DNA of 32,000 nucleotides from Promethearchaeia archaeon (GTDB taxonomy: Archaea > Asgardarchaeota > Lokiarchaeia > Sigyniarchaeales > SOKP01): positions 60,001 to 92,000 of the forward strand of contig JAWOFX010000088.1 in NCBI GenBank assembly GCA_046497275.1. Reading direction: 5' to 3'. The notes under the pieces are model-generated. The model did not search any database. It was not told the DNA's origin and was given only the letters and a program-made list of their open reading frames with translations. Of the stretch, positions 25,840 to 32,000 are shown one piece after another (within the stretch, counting starts at the first letter, position 1; every line of letters starts with the position of its first letter). Both the position numbers and the translations under genes were made by a program.

Positions 25840-28626
25840 ATGAAAGATATGAAATATGAGCCTCAGAAAATTGAAGAAAAATGGCAAGAAAGATGGAAAA
25901 GAGATAAAGTTTTTGAAGTAGATGTAGATCCAAAGAAAGATAAATATTATGTACTTGAGATGTACCCCTATCCCTCTTCAAAGTTACATATGGGTCATTT
26001 AAGAAACTATTCAATAGGGGACTCATTTGCTCGTTATAAAAGAATGCAAGGATATAATGTATTATATCCTATGGGATATGATTCCTTTGGACTTCCAGCA
26101 GAAAATGCGGCCATAGATCATGGAGAAAACCCAGAAACCTGGACTAATACTAATATTTCAGCGATAAGGAGTCAACAACAGAGAATAGGACTTTCATATG
26201 ATTGGACACGAATGATTTACAGCCATGATGCTAACTATTATAAATGGGATCAATATTTCTTTCTTAAAATGTTAGAAAAAGATTTGGCCTATCGCCAAGA
26301 ATCGTATGTTAATTGGTGTGAAAAATGTGCTACAGTTCTTGCAAATGAACAAGTTCAAGGAGGAAAATGTTGGCGTTGCGGTTCAGAAGTTACTCAAAAA
26401 TTTTTAACACAATGGTTCTTGAAAATTAGAGCTTATGCAGAGGAATTATTAGATGGATTGGAAAAAGTTGATTGGCCAGAGAAAGTAATAGTTATGCAGC
26501 GGAATTGGATTGGAAAATCTGAGGGAACAGTAATAAAATTCCCAATCGTGGGTGAAAATCGTACCATAGATATATTCACTACCAGAGCAGATACTATCTT
26601 TGGGGTGACATTTATGGTTTTTGCCCCTGAAAATCCTTGGGTAAGAAATTGGGTTGAAGGCACTGAATATGAGGAGGAATTTGAAAAATTATATAATGAT
26701 ACGATGAAACAGAATCAATTTGAAAGGTCTGATGCAGATATTGAAAAAAAAGGGATGTTTATAGGCAAATATGCCATAAATCCGCTGACCAATGAACAGA
26801 TTCCAATTTATATAGGTAATTTTGTTATTTATGAATATGGGGCAGGTGCAATTATGGCAGTTCCCGCCCATGATCAGAGAGATTTTGAATTTGCTAAGCA
26901 ATACGGAATCCCAATTAAAATAGTGATCCAAGCTTTCGATTATGAATTGAATGCTGAGAAAATGACCCGTGCTTATGAAAGTGATGGAATATTAGTAAAT
27001 TCTGGAGAATTTAATGGGATGGAAAACAGAAGAGCTATTCAAGCTATCAGTGAAAAATTAGAGGAAATAGATATGGGATATAGTACCACAAATTATAAAT
27101 TAAGAGATTGGCTTATATCGAGACAAAGATACTGGGGTTGTCCAATACCAATAATTTTTTGCGAAAAATGTGGTACAGTTCCCGTGCCTATAGAAGATTT
27201 GCCAGTAAAATTACCGAAAGATGTTAAATTCACGGGTATTGGTAATCCATTAAAAACGAGTAAAAATTTCTTGAATACTGAATGTCCAAAATGTGGAGGC
27301 AAAGCCACAAGAGAAACGGATACAATGGATACATTTGTTGATAGTGCTTGGTATTTTTTTAGATTTTGTGATCCTAACAACAAGAACAAACCATTTAGTA
27401 AGGAGAAAGTTGATTATTGGGGTAATGTTGATCAATACATAGGCGGAATTGAGCATGCGATTTTGCATTTATTATATGCTAGATTTTGGACTAAAGTTGG
27501 AAGAGATTTAAATCTCCATTCACATAATGAACCTTTTCAAGCGCTCTTAACGCAAGGAATGATAAATAAAATGCATCCTTATTGCCCGAAATGCGAAACT
27601 TTTGCGACCAAAGTTGAAAAAGATATGGAAAAATGTCCAAGATGTAGGACTGATTGGATTGAAAAAAGCGTTAAAATGAGTAAGAGCTTAGGAAATACTG
27701 TAGATCCCAATAATATTATGAAAAAATATGGTGCAGATTCTGCACGGTTCTTCATATTATTTGGAGCAAGCCCAAAGTCTGGTCTTGAATGGTCAGATGA
27801 AGGGGTTGATTTTGCATATAGATTCATGAATAATACACTCAAATTACTGACAGAAGTACCTGAAATTATCAGAGAAAATAAAACCATCAGAGATGATTTA
27901 ATTGAGTTTTATATGCATCACATAATAAAGAAGGTCACAGAAAATTTGAATAAAATTGATATTCGAGATGCAGTCAATAATATTGTTCAGTTTAGTTCGG
28001 AGTTGAAAAATTATAAAAAAGAAGGCGTAAATAAAGAGTTATTCGATAAAATTAGGAAAAATTTGGTACTTCTATTACATCCAATTGCTCCTCATATTAC
28101 TGAGGAAATTTGGGAATTTCTAGGAGAAAATGATTATATCAGTTTAGCCTCATGGCCTAAATACAATAAAAAAATCCTTACAGATGAAAATAGCTTTAAA
28201 TGGAATCTAAAAAATAACATCATTGAAGATATAAAAAACATTAAACAAGTGCTTAAAAAAGATTCTATAGATGAAATTAATCTTATTATTCCTGAAAATT
28301 GGAAGTATAACTTCTATTCAGATTTGATAAGATTAATAGAAAAGACCTTGGATCAAGGAGAAATTATGAAAAATTTAATGGAAAATTCAACATACAAAGC
28401 ACACGGGAGTTTTATTAGTCAAACAGTAAATAAAATATTGAAAAATATTGGAAAATATTCGGATTTTATTCTTTCTGTCGAAGATGAATACAAATTTTTT
28501 AAAGCAATTTCCCCAATTATCGAAAAACAATTTGAAACAACAGTAAATGTGAAAATGGAAAGTGAATCTGATAAAAAAAAAAAAGATCAAGCACTCCCAG
28601 GTAGACCCTCAATAATAATCGATTAG
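25840..28626 (+). CDS. leuS: Leucyl-tRNA synthetase (bacterial-type core, archaeal-type C-terminus)
   Basis: [13 protein letters not shown] (HIGH), CP1 editing motifs FTTRADT and [39 protein letters not shown]. Confidence 0.97.
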   Translation: MKDMKYEPQKIEEKWQERWKRDKVFEVDVDPKKDKYYVLEMYPYPSSKLHMGHLRNYSIGDSFARYKRMQGYNVLYPMGYDSFGLPAENAAIDHGENPETWTNTNISAIRSQQQRIGLSYDWTRMIYSHDANYYKWDQYFFLKMLEKDLAYRQESYVNWCEKCATVLANEQVQGGKCWRCGSEVTQKFLTQWFLKIRAYAEELLDGLEKVDWPEKVIVMQRNWIGKSEGTVIKFPIVGENRTIDIFTTRADTIFGVTFMVFAPENPWVRNWVEGTEYEEEFEKLYNDTMKQNQFERSDADIEKKGMFIGKYAINPLTNEQIPIYIGNFVIYEYGAGAIMAVPAHDQRDFEFAKQYGIPIKIVIQAFDYELNAEKMTRAYESDGILVNSGEFNGMENRRAIQAISEKLEEIDMGYSTTNYKLRDWLISRQRYWGCPIPIIFCEKCGTVPVPIEDLPVKLPKDVKFTGIGNPLKTSKNFLNTECPKCGGKATRETDTMDTFVDSAWYFFRFCDPNNKNKPFSKEKVDYWGNVDQYIGGIEHAILHLLYARFWTKVGRDLNLHSHNEPFQALLTQGMINKMHPYCPKCETFATKVEKDMEKCPRCRTDWIEKSVKMSKSLGNTVDPNNIMKKYGADSARFFILFGASPKSGLEWSDEGVDFAYRFMNNTLKLLTEVPEIIRENKTIRDDLIEFYMHHIIKKVTENLNKIDIRDAVNNIVQFSSELKNYKKEGVNKELFDKIRKNLVLLLHPIAPHITEEIWEFLGENDYISLASWPKYNKKILTDENSFKWNLKNNIIEDIKNIKQVLKKDSIDEINLIIPENWKYNFYSDLIRLIEKTLDQGEIMKNLMENSTYKAHGSFISQTVNKILKNIGKYSDFILSVEDEYKFFKAISPIIEKQFETTVNVKMESESDKKKKDQALPGRPSIIID

Positions 28627-28969
28627 AATTTTTTTTAAACTCAATTTTTATTAAATAACATATTTGAAATAAAAGATACTTAGTATAAACCTTATAAAAG
28701 AAGTCTATCAAAATTCTCTCATCTTTAACTCCAATAGTACTACCAACACCCTTTTTTTCATTCATTCTGGCCATTTTATACTTAATTATTTCGAAAAAGA
28801 ATTTAAGGTAAGAAGAAGTCAATTGGTTGAAGTTTCTTATTAAAACTATTATATTAAAAAAGCATATTAGTGAAAATTTTTTTGTAATTAGTATATATTT
28901 TTCTTAAATAATTTAAATAGAAAAATATTAGAACTAATAGTAAATCTAAATTTATAGCATCAAAAATTA

Positions 28970-29839
28970 ATGACAATCTACGAGCTTAGTATAATCTCCA
29001 CCACGGGGTTCCCATATTATAATAGAAAAATTAAACCAATCCCTAAAGGGGTTAAAGTACACTTAAGATTCTTTGATTTTTCAGAAAAAGAAGAGAAAGA
29101 TTTCGATGAAAAAGAGATTTTGGAATTTGATCTTAAAGCTGGATTAATCTCTGCCCTATTTGAATTTGCTCGTAATATTGATAAAAAAATAGAAGTTTTG
29201 GAGTTCCGACCTAAGAAAGGAACTGAAAAGGATTCTTCAATTAATAAAGATCTTAAAATTAAAGGGGACGTACTTATTACGGTAACCACAGAAACTTATT
29301 TAAACCATAATCAAATCCAAAAAAAAATAGAAAAAATTTACGAGAATTTTATAAATCCAAAAGTACCTCTAGATTCTGCTTATGAAATATTAACTAATGA
29401 AGAGGATTCAATTATACAAATTCTAACTGATGAGAAAGCAAAAAATCATTTATTTAATCATGAAAAAGATCTTAAAAAAATCTCGAATAAATTTCTAAGT
29501 GAAATGAGTAATTATGGACTTAGGGCAATCATATGCTGTACGTTTGATTTAAGTCCAATTATATGTTTTACTGAAAATAAAGAATATAATCTTAATGATG
29601 TTGATGAAATTCTAAGAGGTATAGGAAAAATACCTGAAATTGACCCACTTAATTGGAAATATAGGCAGTCTAATTATGCAGGAAAACCACTCTGGGTTTT
29701 CATAATCAATAGTGGAGTCGGAGTCACTGTGGATGGTATTTTTGAAAACTATTTTTATTTGCTTTTAACTGAACCAGATAGTTATATGGGGGAATTTCCA
29801 CGAAGATTAGCCAATGAATTCAATAATTTATTAGGTTAA
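28970..29839 (+). CDS. Hypothetical protein with a probable N-terminal longin-like domain and a second alpha/beta (longin/roadblock-like) domain
   Basis: IYELSIISTTGFPYY...AGLISALFEFA...IEVLEF pattern resembles the longin beta-beta-alpha start; fold assignment is inference. Confidence 0.5.
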   Translation: MTIYELSIISTTGFPYYNRKIKPIPKGVKVHLRFFDFSEKEEKDFDEKEILEFDLKAGLISALFEFARNIDKKIEVLEFRPKKGTEKDSSINKDLKIKGDVLITVTTETYLNHNQIQKKIEKIYENFINPKVPLDSAYEILTNEEDSIIQILTDEKAKNHLFNHEKDLKKISNKFLSEMSNYGLRAIICCTFDLSPIICFTENKEYNLNDVDEILRGIGKIPEIDPLNWKYRQSNYAGKPLWVFIINSGVGVTVDGIFENYFYLLLTEPDSYMGEFPRRLANEFNNLLG

Positions 29840-29896
29840 TTTTTTTATGTCGTTATACTTTTTTTTAAAATATATAATTTTCTAAGAGGTTTTATT

Positions 29897-30439
29897 ATGA
29901 GTTTTAAAATTTTATCAGTAAATAAGCATATTAATCTTCTACATCCACGACAAACCATCTTATGTACTTCGCAATTCAAAGATAAAAAAAATGTTATCAC
30001 TTTAGCTTGGACTATGATTATTAGTAGAACACCTCCTATCATAGCAATATCAATCGCGCCTCAGAGATTTTCTCATGATATGATTAAAAACTCAAAACAA
30101 TTCACAATAAATATGCCCACTAAAGAAATAATAAAAGATGTCTACTATTGTGGAACTCATTCGGGGAGAAATATCAATAAATTTGAACAAACAAAATTAA
30201 CTCCTCTTGAGGGAATTAATGTAAAATGTCCACGAATAAAGGAATGTTTTGCTCATATAGAATGCAAAGTTATTGATGAGAAAACTTATGGTGATCATAC
30301 TCTTTTTATAGGGGAAGTTTTGACTTGCATCGTAAAAGAGGGACTACTCAAAGATGAAAGAATAAAAAAAGTAGAAATTCCTTATCATCTCGGCGCCAAC
30401 CGATTTATTTATAATAAAAATGAAATAGAGAAAATTTAA
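29897..30439 (+). CDS. Flavin reductase-like (split-barrel FMN-binding) protein
   Basis: NVITLAW, PPIIAISI, CGTHSGRNINKF, IECKV and GDHTLFIGEV motifs. Confidence 0.9.
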   Translation: MSFKILSVNKHINLLHPRQTILCTSQFKDKKNVITLAWTMIISRTPPIIAISIAPQRFSHDMIKNSKQFTINMPTKEIIKDVYYCGTHSGRNINKFEQTKLTPLEGINVKCPRIKECFAHIECKVIDEKTYGDHTLFIGEVLTCIVKEGLLKDERIKKVEIPYHLGANRFIYNKNEIEKI

Positions 30440-30450
30440 AAAAATAAGAT

Positions 30451-31215
30451 TTATAACGATCTTTCTGCAGCTTTGATTATTTCCGCAAAAGAATCAGCTT
30501 CTAATGAAGCACCACCGACTAAACCACCGTCTATGTCTTCCTTTTCAAAAAGCTCTAACGCATTATCTGGCTTAACAGATCCTCCATACTGTATACGAAC
30601 GGAATTTGAAACCTCTTTATCATATTTATCTTCTAATAATGTACGAATAAATTTATGAACTACAACTGCTTGTTCTGGTGTTGCAGTCTCTCCTGTTCCT
30701 ATTGCCCAAATAGGTTCATATGCGATAACTAATCTCATGATTTCCTCTTTCGTTAATTCTGCAAAAGTATTATCCATCTGATATTCAATTATTTTTTCCG
30801 TCTTTCCAGCTTTTCGTTCCTCTAAATGCTCTCCAATACATACTATTGGAGTAAACTCCATTGTTAATGCCTTTTTTACTTTCTTATTAATAAGTTCATC
30901 GGATTCATTGAAGATATTCCTCCGTTCACTGTGTCCCAATATTACATAATCAACACCCAAATTTTTTAAAAATAAGGGAGAAATCTCACCCGTAAATGCC
31001 CCTTTCTCTTCATAATACATATTTTGGGCTCCAAGTTTAATATTAGTCACTTTTAAAATACTCGCTTCTTGAAGGGCAGTGAACGGTGGTGCTATAACCA
31101 TATCAACATCTTTTACATCTTGAACTAATGGTATTAGATTCTCAAGCATATCCCTAGCAGTTTTTGGTGAACCACGATTTAATTTCCAATTTCCGCCTAC
31201 TATTGGTTTTCTCAT
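30451..31215 (-). CDS. tpiA: Triosephosphate isomerase, bacterial/eukaryotic type
   Basis: GGNWKLN, GAFTGEIS, GHSERR, AYEPIWAIGTG, YGGSVKP and LVGGASL motifs. Start reassigned to ATG 31215 (MRKPIVGGNWK). Confidence 0.96.
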   Translation of the reverse strand: MRKPIVGGNWKLNRGSPKTARDMLENLIPLVQDVKDVDMVIAPPFTALQEASILKVTNIKLGAQNMYYEEKGAFTGEISPLFLKNLGVDYVILGHSERRNIFNESDELINKKVKKALTMEFTPIVCIGEHLEERKAGKTEKIIEYQMDNTFAELTKEEIMRLVIAYEPIWAIGTGETATPEQAVVVHKFIRTLLEDKYDKEVSNSVRIQYGGSVKPDNALELFEKEDIDGGLVGGASLEADSFAEIIKAAERSL

Positions 31216-31421
31216 ATAAAAAAACCTCAATATTATTATTATCTTTATAAAATACATCGCGTTATTTCAAATTATCATATAAAATCTATTTACTATAAGG
31301 TAACCAAAAAACCTATTCTTTTCATAATTTTATGAAATCAGGCTATTGTCTCTCTCTAAAGCAAATACAAATTACAGAGTTATATAAAAAGAGTATAAAA
31401 TGTAAAAAAGAGGATTAAAAA

Positions 31422-31931
31422 TTATTCTTCCTTTTCTTTGGGTAATTTCTCTTCTAATTTTGTAGCTTTCAGAATTTTCTGAATCTCCTCCACATTAGGA
31501 GGCATTATTTCTGGCAATTCAAATTGTTCTCTTCTCCGTTCAATCGCAGATTGCATTGGAATTGCTTTTCCAAATTCAAAAACAGTGGATGCTTGTGAAT
31601 AATAATATTCGGGCGCTTCTCCTCGTTCCACACTCATATTTTTTAAAATATTAAAAATCTCGGTTAATTCAACCTTTTGAGGACAAACCTCATCGCATGT
31701 ATCGCATATTGTACATCCCCAAATCTCAAATGAGTGTTCCTCTCCAAATATTTTCTCCTTTAATCCTAACAATGAGTCTAAAATTAACCTTCTTGGATTA
31801 TACCGTCCTTCAGTAACCTGAGCCACAGGGCAGGCACCCGAGCAGGTGGCGCACTGGTAGCAATAAGCCAACGTACTCCCAATATCCTCCCCAAGAATCT
31901 TGTTTCTAAACTCAAAATCGATGGTGGCCAT
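31422..31931 (-). CDS. hdrC: Heterodisulfide reductase subunit C-like 2x[4Fe-4S] protein
   Basis: CYQCATCSGACP, YNPRRLI, IWGCTICDTCDEVCPQKV motifs. Confidence 0.85.
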   Translation of the reverse strand: MATIDFEFRNKILGEDIGSTLAYCYQCATCSGACPVAQVTEGRYNPRRLILDSLLGLKEKIFGEEHSFEIWGCTICDTCDEVCPQKVELTEIFNILKNMSVERGEAPEYYYSQASTVFEFGKAIPMQSAIERRREQFELPEIMPPNVEEIQKILKATKLEEKLPKEKEE

Positions 31932-32000
31932 TTTTTAAATCTCTCTCATACTAATTCCTTATCTAAATAATATAAAAATGAGATATTAATTAAATTATTT

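Noticed and set aside
28573-28584. A12 homopolymer in leuS as a phase-variation site
   Set aside because: It encodes the Lys run expected before the archaeal-type terminal motif, and the frame is intact in an essential gene.
28517-28822. 101-aa minus-strand ORF downstream of leuS
   Set aside because: Overlaps the leuS 3' end, has no motifs and has a low-complexity AT-derived composition.
21119-31931. Link between lipS1/S2-lplA and hdrC as an sHdr-LbpA sulfur-oxidation system
   Set aside because: The genes are about 7.5 kb apart with unrelated genes between them; no lbpA, tusA or sHdr-specific genes are in the window.

Overview
AT-rich (roughly 30% GC by eye) archaeal chromosome segment, most likely from an Asgard archaeon (Lokiarchaeia-like). 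The assignment is inference from an archaeal MCM, F420 genes, HdrC, a Rab-like GTPase and a longin-like protein. In order, the window holds: the 3' end of an intein-containing mcm; rubrerythrin; a VIT1/CCC1 transporter; an MDR dehydrogenase; a Rab-like GTPase; an HDAC-family deacetylase; a Pro-rich/coiled-coil/Zn-ribbon protein; an 11.6-kb seven-gene same-strand cluster; cofD and a cofE-nitroreductase (FbiB-type) fusion; a lipS2-lplA-lipS1 lipoate operon; a GT4 glycosyltransferase; a hypothetical protein; leuS; a longin-like protein; a flavin reductase; tpiA; and hdrC. The seven-gene cluster comprises a transglutaminase-like Ig-repeat surface protein, an Ig/TM/DUF4129-like protein, a free DUF4129-like protein, a DUF4350-like protein, MoxR, DUF58/vWA and a polytopic membrane protein. 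It is the best candidate for an undescribed system, because its transglutaminase domain has lost the catalytic Cys and His and its DUF4129-like module is duplicated as a soluble protein. Other highlights are a bacterial-core/archaeal-tail LeuRS, the FbiB-type fusion and the LipS1/S2 operon. I saw no rRNA, tRNA, CRISPR array or transposase. All family calls come from motif recognition, not database searches.
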